Part shown: piece after piece, positions 13,537 to 26,264 of the stretch | Position numbering within the stretch: the first letter of the stretch is position 1 | Layout of the letters: the number at the start of each line of letters is the position of its first letter | NCBI GenBank assembly: GCA_022813865.1 | Contig: JALDZX010000023.1 | Span: forward strand, 186,001 to 250,000 | Direction of reading: 5' to 3' | DNA length: 64,000 nt | From: Xylographa opegraphella | Lineage: Eukaryota | The notes under the pieces: generated by a model | Database searches by the model: none | Told to the model about the DNA's origin: nothing | The model's input: only the letters and a program-made list of their open reading frames with translations | Program-made: the position numbers and the translations under genes

Positions 13537-15150
13537 ATGAACGAAATATCGGCAAGGTGTGGCTGCAAATTCACCTTCTGCGGCAACAAGGGAGCTTTGG
13601 TCCGCTGGGCAGATGGTAGCAAACAGAACGTCTGGAGGAACTCTGCAAACCCGCGGGCCGAGAACACCTGGGGCAAGAGACATCCACCGGAAACCCCAGC
13701 GGAAGACATCGCTGGACCGTCTTCGTATGTGGTCCCGAAAGCAAGAGCGGCTAGGAGGTCGAAGAGGAAGGCAAGCACGGAAATTCTTCCTGAACCGGAG
13801 GCTACGGCGACGACGAGTCTGGGAGAATTACCGACGGGAAATCCACATGTACGGCATCGTGATGAGGTTGGTCCGCAAGCAACTGCTCCGGCAAATCTAA
13901 ACTTGACGCCACAAGAAGGCTTTCCCGTGTATCAAGGCTTGCAGCAAGGCTATGTCGATCCACAGATGCTGATGGGACCGAATCTAGATATGACACTGAC
14001 GCAAGACCCTCTATTCGGAGCGGGTAATGAGTCCAGTGAGGAGTTGTACCGTGAAAGAGTCGGGAATGATACCGGTTTCGATGACACTTATGAGGGCTCC
14101 GCTTTGATCGGAGCCTGGGACGACGCATATTTCGACGACTGGATGGCAGAAAACCCCCGTGATCCAGATTTTGCAGACCACGATGTTGCAGACCCCGATA
14201 TTGCAGACCCCGATACACGAGACCCAATGCCCTACTTGCGTGAGGTAGAAAGCGACGAGGAAAGGGAAGTGACAGGACGACGGCGGAGGAGGAGGGATAG
14301 AGGATCCCGCTGGAGGAGGTGGTCAGCATTCCAAAATCGCCCCAGCAACAGCGACGAAGCTGTTGTCGTCGAGGAGGCCAGCGAGGACGAGGAGCGGTAC
14401 GTTGACGGAGGATGTGCGTCCAGCAGCCGGCCCTATACTTCAGGTCAGAATTACCACACGAACAACTCTCCAACTTTCAGCAATGGATATCATCAGGTCC
14501 GCCGTCACCCACGGAGACCCACACGGCAATCCCATCTCAGTATTGAAAGCAACAGTCCCATCGGATCTGTGGAATCTCACTTGTCTCATCCGCATCCTTC
14601 CGAAGCATGGCCACCCCGTTTTGAAGAAGCGGTGGCCGAATTTAACCAATGGTTCCCTGGTCAACGACGGCTTCAGCAATTAAGGGTCCGAACGAGCAAT
14701 GGAAGACCGGTTCGAGGTTATGTCAATCATCGCCCAGGCGCAGAGAGACAAAATAGGGGACCTACCTTCAGCCAGCATGAAAGGCTAAGAAATATTCATT
14801 ATTTCCACAAACCAGCGAGCAGGCACGGACATATTCAGCTAGATAGACCTCGGAACGGCCATCCATTTCATCATCCCGGATCCTTCGAGCGCCGTCCACC
14901 GTTGCGGCAACGCGAAGTCCCGACTTTCCAACAGGAATTGCTCAGGCAACCCAGAAGGGATGGAGACAGAGAGTATCACCGCAATGATCAAACCGTTCCC
15001 CGACCATGGTTTCGACGAAGTCGGGTCGCGTACATAACTGGCTTCGCGAGCTTGATGCTCGTCCTCATCCTCATGAATTCAGTGTCCTGGCAGCAAGTAC
15101 TTAGTATCCTCGTTATCGCATTTGCGGCGGTTTGGATGATGGAGGAATAG
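13537..15150 (+). CDS. Orphan 537-aa protein: short Cys motif, long disordered acidic/Arg-rich middle, C-terminal hydrophobic anchor
   Basis: Long uninterrupted ORF. N-terminal MNEISARCGCKFTFCG, 15-bp DPD(I/F)A tandem repeat at ~14161-14226, and terminal hydrophobic stretch VAYITGFASLMLVLILM...VLSILVIAFAAVWMM. Confidence 0.6.
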   Translation: MNEISARCGCKFTFCGNKGALVRWADGSKQNVWRNSANPRAENTWGKRHPPETPAEDIAGPSSYVVPKARAARRSKRKASTEILPEPEATATTSLGELPTGNPHVRHRDEVGPQATAPANLNLTPQEGFPVYQGLQQGYVDPQMLMGPNLDMTLTQDPLFGAGNESSEELYRERVGNDTGFDDTYEGSALIGAWDDAYFDDWMAENPRDPDFADHDVADPDIADPDTRDPMPYLREVESDEEREVTGRRRRRRDRGSRWRRWSAFQNRPSNSDEAVVVEEASEDEERYVDGGCASSSRPYTSGQNYHTNNSPTFSNGYHQVRRHPRRPTRQSHLSIESNSPIGSVESHLSHPHPSEAWPPRFEEAVAEFNQWFPGQRRLQQLRVRTSNGRPVRGYVNHRPGAERQNRGPTFSQHERLRNIHYFHKPASRHGHIQLDRPRNGHPFHHPGSFERRPPLRQREVPTFQQELLRQPRRDGDREYHRNDQTVPRPWFRRSRVAYITGFASLMLVLILMNSVSWQQVLSILVIAFAAVWMMEE

Positions 15151-15574
15151 GAATAGCGTGGATATCTTGAAGTATCTGGACCATTTACTGACTTTGCAAA
15201 TGGTAGAAAGTTCGCGAAAAGTGGATATTTGGAACGGGTGTCTAGGACGGGATTTCGCTGTTTGCTGCATTTTGAGTCTGCGTGCTTCGCATGCTGTCAT
15301 GGTATTGCCAACCGATAGAATTGCTTCATAGATAGTACGTGCAACACAAATGGCATCTATTCAGCATTCAACATGTGATGCCAGTCTGCAAGCAGTACGT
15401 CCTTCGAGAACCACCTCGATACTGCTGGCTAATACCTGAAGCAGGTCGTTGTGGTAGCGCTTGAAGAAATTTGTCAGGCTCTGGTAGAAGTAGTAGGAAA
15501 ACGCCCTGAGAATCGCGTATGAAGTCAAATAGAAATATAGAGACAATTCCTCCAATTGTGATGCACCAAAACCG

Positions 15575-16927
15575 ATGCACTCAAACCCCACGAATAAGGA
15601 AGCAACTAAAAATATGGTTGAATATCACATACCAGGTGGCTGTAGGTTCACGTTGTGTGATCCCAGACCTAATGTCTGCCACTGGCCGAACGAAAGCTTG
15701 CAGACTGGATGGTTCGACGCGGCAACCAGACCTAATACGCACATGGCTGGGAATGGTATGTCCCCTGATGAACACCAGCAGTGGAACTTCCATTATAATA
15801 AATTTGGATGATATGGCGGAACAGGACAAACGCCAGGACATGAATTGCCTTTGCCTCCGATCACAGACCGCAGAATCTTCCTCCAATCCGGGGTGGGACA
15901 GAACCAAGCACACGGCCCACCTCTGCCACCTTTCACAGGTGATGAAATCTTGCCACGGCTACGAGGCGGAGGACTTCCACCCGGATACAAATCACCCAGC
16001 GTAGAATCGTGGGAATCTCCCTCCCATTCGCATGAAACCTCCGGAGGATATTTTCTTGCCCATGGATCTCCATCACACATCAATACCCGTAATTGTGACA
16101 GCGATCATGAAATCTCCTCCAGACAAGGGCAGCGGACTTCTCATTCTCCACCTCTAGATGCAGAAGTAACCTCGCCTACGGGCGTAATCTCCGGTAGGGT
16201 ATCTTCCGAGCGGCCTCCTCTGCAGAGACACAGTCGAAGTCATGGGCGCCAACACAGCAACAGGTCTCAGCAAACACCACCAGTAGAGACCACGGAAAGT
16301 CTCACGTCTCATACTTCCGATGATCTCGAAAGCTTGACAAGCGAAGCTGATCATCAGAGGCTAAACGACGGTTTGGAAAGCGAGCACCGATAGCCACCGA
16401 GGGAACCTGATCTTGGACGCCCATCCATTCTTCCACAACCCGAAAGCCCGATAAAGAACCTCTTCGCGACGACATTCGGTCAAGAATCCCGGAATCCCTT
16501 CCGACGATCTGCAGAGCATCAGCCGGGACCAGGCGCAACGAGGGCTCGCAGACTCTTTAGACCAATACGGCCCCTGTTCGGTCTCGCCACGAATCCAAAG
16601 AATCTCCAGAGCGGAAGAATGCATGTCCCGAGACGAAGCATCCACAGAAGCGCATATAGGCGTCATCGCGGCACAAGCCCTTTGTGGCGTCCACGCCCTC
16701 ACTTCGGCCATACCACAACGCATGATCCTGCTCACAGGATCAGAGATATAGGCGGCCGCCCCTCACGGTCTGACCAGTTTTCTGGTTTCTGGCGACGGAC
16801 GGGCATTCCCCACTTTGTGATACAACACTGGTTGACGTTGGTGGTGCTCTTGCTCTTTGCTGCAGCTCTCTATTATGATATAGTGCTATTGCGGGATCGC
16901 ATGATTGGTTTTCTGATGCGGGTATGA
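15575..16927 (+). pseudogene. Probable paralog of the 13537-15150 orphan, with two in-frame stops
   Basis: ORFs 15575-15811, 15845-16393 and 16619-16927 share one frame and are separated only by TGA (15809-11) and TAG (16391-93). It has the same N-terminal motif and a C-terminal TM segment (WLTLVVLLLFAAALYY). Confidence 0.55.
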
Positions 16928-17234
16928 CTTATTACTGAAGTGCCCAGAGGGAAAATTCAGGTTGAGTCGTGGATATGAATAGAAGGAGAGAACATGAGAT
17001 CTTGCGTGATGAAGCAGCCTCTTCACTTTTTGCGATTTTTGCAGAACATTGGGATACTTAAGCTAGAGATCCAACAAGTTCAACGGAACACAAGCATCAT
17101 AAGATCGTACGAAAGAACTTGGATATTGGGTGTCTTACGGTTCATCCACATGTAGTCAAGAATAACCCGGTTCTAGTCAATTGCTTGCTTCCCGAGCCCG
17201 CCCAGGTAGCATTATTCTAGTTCTTCTCCTCAGA

Positions 17235-18895
17235 TTATGAAGTCTTTTTTCCTATTCTAAGTCTATCCCTCAACCGGTCTTCCTCTTTCACGACGCTCAA
17301 CGGAAGGGCGCTCCCAATTCCAAAAAATACAAAGAGCGCCCACTTCCAGCGGAAGGGATTGATGGCGATACAAAACACAAACCAGTAGATAAGCTCCGAA
17401 TAGGTGAAGAAGTCAAAGGCTCCGACAGGGGATCTCCTTTTCAAGAACCTGGTCATGTCAATCCATTTCTTCATCCAATACTCCTGTGGCCGCGCAAGAG
17501 GGTCAACTAGGAACACTAGTAGGAGTCGTGTGTATATGCCGATGTGCCTTCGAAAAGTAAGCAATAGAAACTTCCGTACCATCGCATCGCCCATAAGAAA
17601 CTTACCATGATCCCACAGTACCGATGGCATTGGCATAGGTACAGTTGATTGCGGATATACTAACATGGGCAGGTGGGAAGACTTGCAGATACCAGGCTGG
17701 TGGCTGGTATGGATCGTGGAAAACTTCGTCGGGAAGGAAGCTAAGGTTTGGGCGGTGATATCCAGTAGCCATAATGACCATGTCGCCCTTGACTTCTTCC
17801 TCGCGCCCCGGGCCGCCTTTGGGAACCCCTTTGGCCCGATGATTAAACAATACTCCGTTCTCCGTCATTCGAATGATGTCACCACGTAGCCAGGAGGCCT
17901 TACCATCCCGAATCTGACGGAAGACATCAGAGTTCACCATCGGTGTGCCTGTGAAAAGACCTCCCGATGTAGGTGCCAGGTCTTTGAGGTCACGGTAGAA
18001 GAACAATCGTAGAAGTGACTCGGGTATCCAAGAGAACATGGTTTCTTGACCAAAGATATTAAAAGCTAGCAGGACATCCACAACAGCATTTCGTGGAATG
18101 ATCCATTTGTCGGAACGGGCTAGGACAGAGGTTGAAGCAGCTTTGGTATGGATGACAAACTCGAGGCCTTCAACGGCAGAGGCCCCTCCACCAATTATGA
18201 GAACTTTCTTACCCTTTGCCGTTTTGCCGTCAAGTTGTGAGGAGTGGTAGATCTCACCCTTGAATTTCTTCTGGCCTTCTATATAGGGCATCTTGGGATC
18301 CCCGCAAGATCCGATGGCTGGTATCACACCATCAAATCGACCATTGGAAGGATCATTAATTATCCAACGACTTTGCTTGTCCTGGTACACCGAAGTGACT
18401 TTCGTATTGAACTTTGTTCTCTCCTGAAGGCTGTAGCGCTTCCAGAGCTGGGTGATTTGAGACACAATCTGATGCCGGTCTGGGTAGCCTCCATCCCATT
18501 TGACCGAAGGATGAAACCGGTACATGATCGAATGGATCTGTAGACCACTAGTAGGAAGGTAAGACACATTGCGACCAATGTGAAGCGAAATCTACCTAGT
18601 ATTGTTTACTTTCTAAAGCAATCGTTAGAAATGTCTCTCCTGCCAGTTGTATATAGAATTCACTCACACTCCATATTCCTCCCAAGGCTGTCTCATCCCC
18701 AGCTTCGAATATGCATACATCAAACCCATGGCCTACACAATGGGAAGCAGCCGCAACTCCTGTCAATCCAGCCCCAATAATGGCAATGCGAGGTCTACCT
18801 AGAACAGCATGTGGCGGGGGCGCATTTGGTGACAATATGATGTTGAGCAGCCACTGTATCAATTGGTAGATCCATTCGACGGGCTTGAACTCCAT
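17235..18895 (-). CDS. Flavin-binding monooxygenase-like protein (FMO family)
   Basis: FAD motif IAIIGAGLTG, FKGEIYHSSQL (FxGxxxHS), NADPH motif VLIIGGGASA and ATGY. Three canonical introns splice in frame. Confidence 0.9.
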
Positions 18896-19990
18896 GGTGG
18901 TCTAAAAGACTGGGTAACTTTTGCGACCAGAAAATCTGAAGGTAGCTTGGAGCTCCATCGCTAGCAGGAGCTCCATGGAAACACCATGATTGACAATGAC
19001 GGCAGACCATCATTCACATGCAAATCGGCTCGAACCGGAGACTCTCAATCCCTGAGGAAAGTCCTAGCGCAGCGAGGTATTGTAATTTAAACACACAGTA
19101 CCGGTAATTTTTAGAATACCCTTTTTTTTTCCAGAAAACCTTGTAAGGTTAGGATATTATATCCTTTCAAATTTAAATACTGCATATAGTTCAATATATG
19201 TCTTATTCAATATGTACTGTACTTGTCCTGCCTCATTTGATTTCAATCTTACCATTCATACACGGACGCTTCAGCACCCGACATTTGGCAACATCAAGGC
19301 ATTGATTAAGTCTCGGCTCCTGATAGTATGATAAATGGTGAGTCGACGGTTATGAATTATACGTGCAAATGGTGTTCATGTAGCCTACTGGAATTCAATT
19401 CCGCTATGGAGTATTGCCATTCAAAGTCATTATTGTACATCTCACAGAAAGAACCCCATACCACAAGCTACGATCGTAGACCGCCTTCTGAATGTTGTAT
19501 CTCGTCATTGACCAGGTCTGAATGAAAAGTAACCTCGAGTTTTCCATGGGTCAGTGGATTCGTATTCGGATCCCTACACGGCCGGCATATTTATACTGTA
19601 CCTGTAGCAGGCGCTCGAGCCATAAGAAGGGTTAACCGGGTAGTGCGGCTTGAGTCGTGAGAAGAGGCCTGGAGCAGGTAAAAAAAAGGAGGCTTTCCCT
19701 GGTCTCACCGTTCGAAGGCGTCGCTAAACCCGCTTACCCAAGGTTTGAGAACATCTGGGTGCGTTGCAGTGGATATGGTTCCCCTGCAGGCTTCACTGCT
19801 CAACGCCACAGGATCTTCAGCGCCAAAGGATCTTTGACACCACAGCGCCATTTATTAGTCCTACATAAGCGCACCCTGTTTCAAGCGCTCAGATACATGT
19901 GCGTCATTAGGAGATAAACACGGTCAAGGAACTTGTCCGCGGTTCTCAATATTTTTCGATATACCCGTGGGCAGGGAGCAGGCACGTTGA

Positions 19991-21837
19991 TCAATCCTGC
20001 TTCATACCAATCTTCCCTAGTCGGCGCAATCCCGACACCCCCACAAGACACACGATGCCCATCCATGCAAACAAGGCCCAGAAGACTGCGCGATACCCAA
20101 CCATGAGTGCAATGGGGGAGGTCTTGGCGACATCACCCGAGGAGGCGGCCGTCCTGGAGTCGGCGATGACCGAAGTTATCGTCAGTCCAATCGATGTGCC
20201 GAGCTGCGCGCAAGTGTTGAACACTGCACCACCCAGAGCCTGTGTGCGTGATGGAAAGACGGCGGAGATGATGAGTAAACCGACGGTGAAAAGGACGTCA
20301 GGGCTCAGAGGCTGAAGGACCTATGTAAAGTTTCGTTAGTGAGGTGTAGCTGAACAATCGTCAAAGATTGTAAATCAGAAGCACGATTACAAAGATGGGG
20401 GCTGACGAGACGTTATACATGGTGAGCGTGCTTACCTGTGCAATAAACGCCATGTACCAGTATGGCCATTGAGGATTGATCACTGCCATAAGAAGGGGCG
20501 ATGTGGCGGACAATACGGAAGAGATCAGCACTACCCACATCACGGGCATGCGATTAACGAAATAACCGGTTCAAACATTAGTCAGTACGGCCGTGATAAG
20601 CGCTGGGAGGATGCGCAGCGACGCTCCGAGTGCTGAGGTGCTTTGGACTTGTTGAAAGCTAGGAGCGTCAGTAGTGACCTTTGAACCGGTAGGAAGATTT
20701 TGTTGAAGACCTACAACAAACTGCTGAATAATTCCATACTATTGCTAACGGCGCTGGCGAAGAGTACCATGACACAAATGCTCGTAAAGCTAGAGTTGCG
20801 CCAAAGCGAGTTCGGGATGAGTGCTGGGCGATTGTGTTTCACCTGGTGATTCATCCACCAGACGAATGCTGGGACAGAGACAGCACTGAGGACCAATAGT
20901 GAGATGTTGGATGCCTGTCGGATGTTCTTGGTGTCGGATGATAGCATTCTGCTATTGTCAGCTCTGGTGCTGCATCGGGGTACGAATCGCCAAGCCCTTA
21001 CGCCAAAACGTACGACAACGTCGCTAGTCCCGTACTCGAAACTATTGTCCCAACCCAATCAATGTCGAAAGATAGTTGCTTTCTAATTGTGCGGCTGGCT
21101 CTTGGCCGAGAATCCTGGGGTAATACCCAAAAGCCAATGGCGCCCAAGACGAAACTAGTAGCCGCGGCGAGATAGAAGGCTGGACGCCATCCGACACTGT
21201 CCACAAGCACACCGCCAAGAACCAGGCCAATCAAGAATCCGAGCGGGCCTGAGAATCCAAGGCACGCAAATCCGAAGTTACGTGGTCGTCCGTACTCCAC
21301 GCTCGTTGAAATAATGGAGACAGACGCTGGGACGGCCATGGCATTGGTGATGCCCTGCAGGGCGCGAAAGGCGATGAGCTCGCCCCCAGTTCGTGCCAGC
21401 CCGCAGGCGAGAGCACTTACGACGAGGAGGGCGTTTGCTGCTAGCATCACGGGCCTGGTACCGACGACGTCCGCGATTGATCCAGCCAACATCAGACATG
21501 ATCCGGCAGTAAGATAGAAAACGGAGGTCGGCCAGAGCAGGAGACTTGCTTCCAGTTTCAGTGTGCTGGCGATAGCGGGCAAGCCGACGACGACGACACC
21601 ATTGCAGAAGCTGGTAAGGAGCTGCAGGCTGATTAATTGGGTAATAACAATAACAGCTCGGCCCTTGGAAAGGATGGCTGTTGTGTCATCATTCGGCGAT
21701 GTATCGAGCGATGCTCCTAATGGCAACGCAGGGTTTTGTAGGCTTTGTCGAGATGGAGCAAAAACCGACTGAACCTGGTTTGTCGTGCCAGACTCGATTT
21801 CAAGCGTTTGCAACTCGACAAGTGCTGTTGTAGCCAT
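19991..21837 (-). pseudogene. MFS transporter (DHA2-like drug:H+ antiporter family) with an in-frame premature TGA
   Basis: Multiple TM helices, GSIADVVGTR motif A, RALQG, GxxxGLVLGG and DWVG. Exon 20658-20436 reads ...AVLTNV-TGA(20573-20571)-TGYFVNRMPV in frame. Confidence 0.75.
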
Positions 21838-22297
21838 TCTCGGGAATCACGCAGTTGGGTAGATGATGTTGGTGGTGCAAAGCACCAAATACCTAGATCA
21901 ACCACCATCTCCAAGTCCACTCTGTACGCACATGTAAGCATAAGGTAAGGATTCGCTCTCTATTTGCTGACCAACCTGTATGCTGTCAGCGTAGTACAAA
22001 CGGGATATGAACGATGGTACGGAACGATAATACTGTAAAGAGAGGCTAAGATAATTTACGTGCCAGTACCTGAGCCAAGGTCTTAGCTCATGGTATCTGG
22101 TGCTAACTTTAACCGCATTAGTCCTAGAAGCGCTCTATCATGAAGCCGTTCCGGTATGGTTCTCATTCCACATGGATCTTTGTTGGCGATATATTTGTTC
22201 CATTCAGCTTAGGTAACCTTGGTTAATGTCAAGTACAAGTAGGGCTTGTAGGATGGTCATGCTCCCTTGAACGTGCTCTGTCACTGAACCTACTACC

Positions 22298-23964
22298 ATG
22301 GCTACCATTGACCAGTTCCTCTCCGAAATCAACCAGATCCTGAGGTCAAAGAACGGGCCGAAGCTGTGCGATTATCTCGTGCTGGAACCGCCTTTGCCTC
22401 CTCTCTACAATGTTATTGTCAACGAGCTCCGTCAAAATTTTCCAATAAGCAAACAAGATGCCCTGGAAGCACAATGCAGGAAGCGCCTTCCGGAATATGA
22501 CGAAGGGGACGTGGGTGGATCGTGGAGGAGTTTCATCTCCTTTCTTGTTCAATACTTTGTGTTTCTCAGAGACGTGAATGTTGAACAACTACTAGAAACT
22601 CATGATATTTTGAAGGCTCTCTTGCAGTTCGTGCTCAGGTTATGGTGCGTTGGAAGTTGAACGTATACTTACCTTCCATTAGATCCTGCACTCTTGCTCT
22701 GAGTGACGCCACTATGGGGATTGTGGTTTTGCCAACAATCATCTCGTTTTCGAGGACTCTGGCACGCCTGGCCATCGGCCTTGACAAGCGACCAGATTTA
22801 ATCGCACATCTCACGCATATGGGAGCCGGAATGGGTGGTGAAGATATTGCCGAGAGAGTGACTCTGGTCGAGAGTTCCGCCAACGTCATCAGGGAGGCTC
22901 TCAAGAAGTGCCTCAGTGAGAAAGCGGGAAACGCCACAGGTCTCGATGTCAATGGTAGACCGGACGGTCGAAGGATTGGCATATATCTATTAGGCAACAT
23001 CTGTCTGAAGCTCTTCTTTCATTGCCGAAAGCTCAGAAGTGCCGAGTTCGTTTTCAATAGCATCAACCAGAATTCTCCTCCGCTCTTCCACTTTGCAGCA
23101 GCACAGCGTGTGACGTACCTGTATTACCTGGGACGATATCATTTCGCTAACAATCACTTCTTTCGTGCACAATCTGCCTTGCAAGCAGCCTATGATCAGT
23201 GCCATCGCGAGGCAGTAAAGCAACGCCGGAGTATCCTGGTATACCTGATCACGTCAAATATTATCCTTGGCCGTTTTCCTTCTTTGCAAGTGCTCACCAG
23301 ACCAGAAGCGGAACGACTTCAAGAGATATTTCTGCCGATATGTCAAGCTATCAAGAAAGGTGACCTGGCCACGTTTCGATCTCTTCTGGACATGGATCAT
23401 CCCAATGCCGCGTGGTTATTGAAGAAACGTGTTCTCTTACAACTGCGTAATCGGTGCGAGGTTCTTGTTTGGCGGTCACTAGCACGAAGAACCTTTGTGC
23501 TTTCAGGATTCACTGGCGATGCAACCAGAAAGGCACCGAGTCTCAGCTTAGAAGCGCTTCTCACACTTGCACTTTACCTGGAAGGTCGTGTCTCCGTCGG
23601 TGGAGCGGAAGTACATAATGGTCACCCTAAAAACGTGCACAATGATTACGTTGATCCAGATCTTGATGGCGAAGCAGACCCTGAGGACAACGAAGTGGTC
23701 TCGGTGGGTGAGATCGAATCTATAGTAGCCTCCTTGATCCATCAGGACTTGTTGCATGGGTACCTCAGCCATCGGTATTTCCGATTTGTGATTACGGGAG
23801 CCAAAGCCAAAGCTGCTGTTGAGGTCGGCTTTCCTAATGTATGGAGTGTCTTTCAAGCCGCTGCAGATGCAGAGGTCCCAGGATGGGTCAAGGAAGATAG
23901 AGCGCCAGCTGATGGACCTCGAGTCATTAAGATTACTGGTGCAAGACCTGCGGGGGCAGTATAG
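22298..23964 (+). CDS. PCI-domain protein (PCID2/THP1/CSN12 family)
   Basis: One intron (~22627-22682). QRVTYLYYLGRY, IKKGD and ESIVASLIHQDLLHGYLSH winged-helix signature. Confidence 0.85.
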
Positions 23965-24103
23965 TTCGAGATCCAAGCAACATTCTTTTTGCACACCACG
24001 CCTCAATAACCACTATCGAAAATAAAGTACCTCCCTACGGAAAGAGAAACTCAATCTGAGGACTAGATCCACATTTTGAGCCCTCCTTGAACACATGATC
24101 TGA

Positions 24104-24865
24104 TCAGATTGCCGCGGGGTGCCCATTCTCAATAAAGTACAGGGCATCCCGTAAACCAGAGATGGCAACCTCTCTAGTGGTGGCGTGCTTGTCGTGCAGT
24201 CTTGTTGAGTGAAAAGCAATGTCGATTGCGAACCTGCGATCATACGTTTCAACCTTGTCCAGCCACTTTAGGTCCATGTTGACACTCATCCCGTTGTGGA
24301 GAGCGTACCACACCAGAAACTTCCGAAGCTTCGAGCCCTTGGGCATGCGATTATAGGTCTCCTGGACTAACGGCTTATTCAAGAACCCTTGCTCTCTATC
24401 TCTCTTCAGCTCTACCCACTTGACAATCACAGCCATAACGCTATCAGCGTACTTGACAGCTCCCCACTTTTCACACATTTCATGTAGAGGTATTAGAAAC
24501 AACACATCATCAGGTACGATCTGTGACGCTTTCAGTGGATGCTGGTACAAGAAGGGTATGAAACACCCGAATACGCGAGTATGACACATCTCAGCGTTCA
24601 TGACGGGCTCGATAGCGCCGAGATTGGTCGACCGGAACTGCGAGCGGAAGTAGGGAATGTCTTCCAGGAGAGCTTTATGTACCATGAACAACTGACGTTC
24701 GACTCCGACCGCAATATTGACACCTGAGGAATACAGTTTGCTATTAGACGTCAGAATGGAGATGCCCGTCCATCGTTGAAAGTTGTCCGTTGGACAGTCA
24801 ACATACATCCCAATACCCACATCCTCACCTTGTCGCCGAGAACTCAGCTGCTGAATCGTGGCCAT
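24104..24865 (-). CDS. BTB/POZ-domain protein
   Basis: VNIAVGVERQLFMVHKALL..IPYF, FGCFIPFLY and SKLRKFLV are typical of fungal BTB proteins. Probable in-frame intron 24806-24741. Confidence 0.75.
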   Translation of the reverse strand: MATIQQLSSRRQGEDVGIGMYVDCPTDNFQRWTGISILTSNSKLYSSGVNIAVGVERQLFMVHKALLEDIPYFRSQFRSTNLGAIEPVMNAEMCHTRVFGCFIPFLYQHPLKASQIVPDDVLFLIPLHEMCEKWGAVKYADSVMAVIVKWVELKRDREQGFLNKPLVQETYNRMPKGSKLRKFLVWYALHNGMSVNMDLKWLDKVETYDRRFAIDIAFHSTRLHDKHATTREVAISGLRDALYFIENGHPAAI

Positions 24866-26264
24866 GTCCACAACTAAACCGACCCGTGAATCCCTAATGG
24901 ACTGGGAATTGCTGTCGTCCAAGTGGAGGATAGTATCTGATGTATCAACAATACAACAAACCAAATAGTTCTACCTTATTCAAACGCTATATTCTAGACA
25001 TGAGAAGAAGTGACATCCACGTCGAATGGAATGGTTGAGGCACGCCTTCAAAGCCAACGAGTCTGCCTAGTGGGGGCGATGTCATGTCCAAAAAGGAAAG
25101 CACCTTCCCAATCTGTGCCTCGAACCGGAAGGTATCTCCACCGTGTTTCTGTCCCGGAAGGATGCCGCATTCCACTGTCCGTGGCTGCCTCGACGGGTAA
25201 GCACTCAATATCTGTCCACCTTGTTGCTGCGATTCCGTCAACGCCTTGTTTTCCGATCTAGAACTGAAGACGTACATGCAACGGAAGCTTCATAATGGTA
25301 GTGGGCCTGACTACCCATACCCGAGAAGGAGATCGAAACGAAAGGGTCACGAGGAGAGTGAGCGGGACAGTGGTATCCGGCTGAGGCGTGATAGCTGGGT
25401 AGACTTGAAGGTGACAGAATCGAGGACTCGAGAGATCGGTGTGCTACTCACTGCCCAGGAGCTTGATGCTGCCCGTGGGGGGAGGTGTAGATGGGGCGGA
25501 CGTGGGTGCCTGCAGTGCTCGAGGCTCCGAAGCACAAGCAGCTGGTGTGAGCAGAGTGGCGAGGAGGCTGCTGGTAGAACCAGGGAGAGGTCGTGGGTGT
25601 TGGATTGTAGACTGGTGGTTCCTCTGAAAAGGGGCTTCGTGCATGTAGCGACGAGTTGATCCACTTAGTCAAGAGCTGGGACGATACCTCAATCATGAAC
25701 AACCATGCATTTCGCGCCTCGGCGTCTCTCGCGCAATCTCTACGATTGATGGAAGATGATCAACCAGACGATGTAGTTTGCTTCAGTCGCCAGTTACCGC
25801 ACCAGATCAGAAAGAGGACCATAAAGCGGAGGGAAAGCATGAGATCTAATATCTGCCGTCACGACGGCCGGAACAGCAACCGACACGGCCGACTTTTGAT
25901 TTTCAATATACCGATTAGGGTAGAGGGTAGGTGAACAGCAGCAGCCCACATCCAGCAGCCGACAATCAAGCCCAGAAACCGCAACGTCCTCCCAATCTCC
26001 AACCAATTTCACCACACAATCATCCCCCTCCACTTGCCGAAAACACACCATACGCGCGAAAAAAGACCCTAGACACGACAAAGATATAGAGACTAACGAC
26101 TTTGGTAAGGTTTGGTTGCCAACCGCTTCTGCAGTCTACCCTTCCGTTAGTCCAAGGTGGTTCTAGAGGCACACAAAACAGTTCATGAATATGAGTACGC
26201 ATAGCTTGTGAATCCGGAATCCCATAGTCACAACAGTGATAGAACATTCCCATACCTGATGCTG

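Noticed and set aside
24987..26260. Cluster of short ORFs between the BTB gene and LCP5
   Set aside because: No coherent frame or domain.
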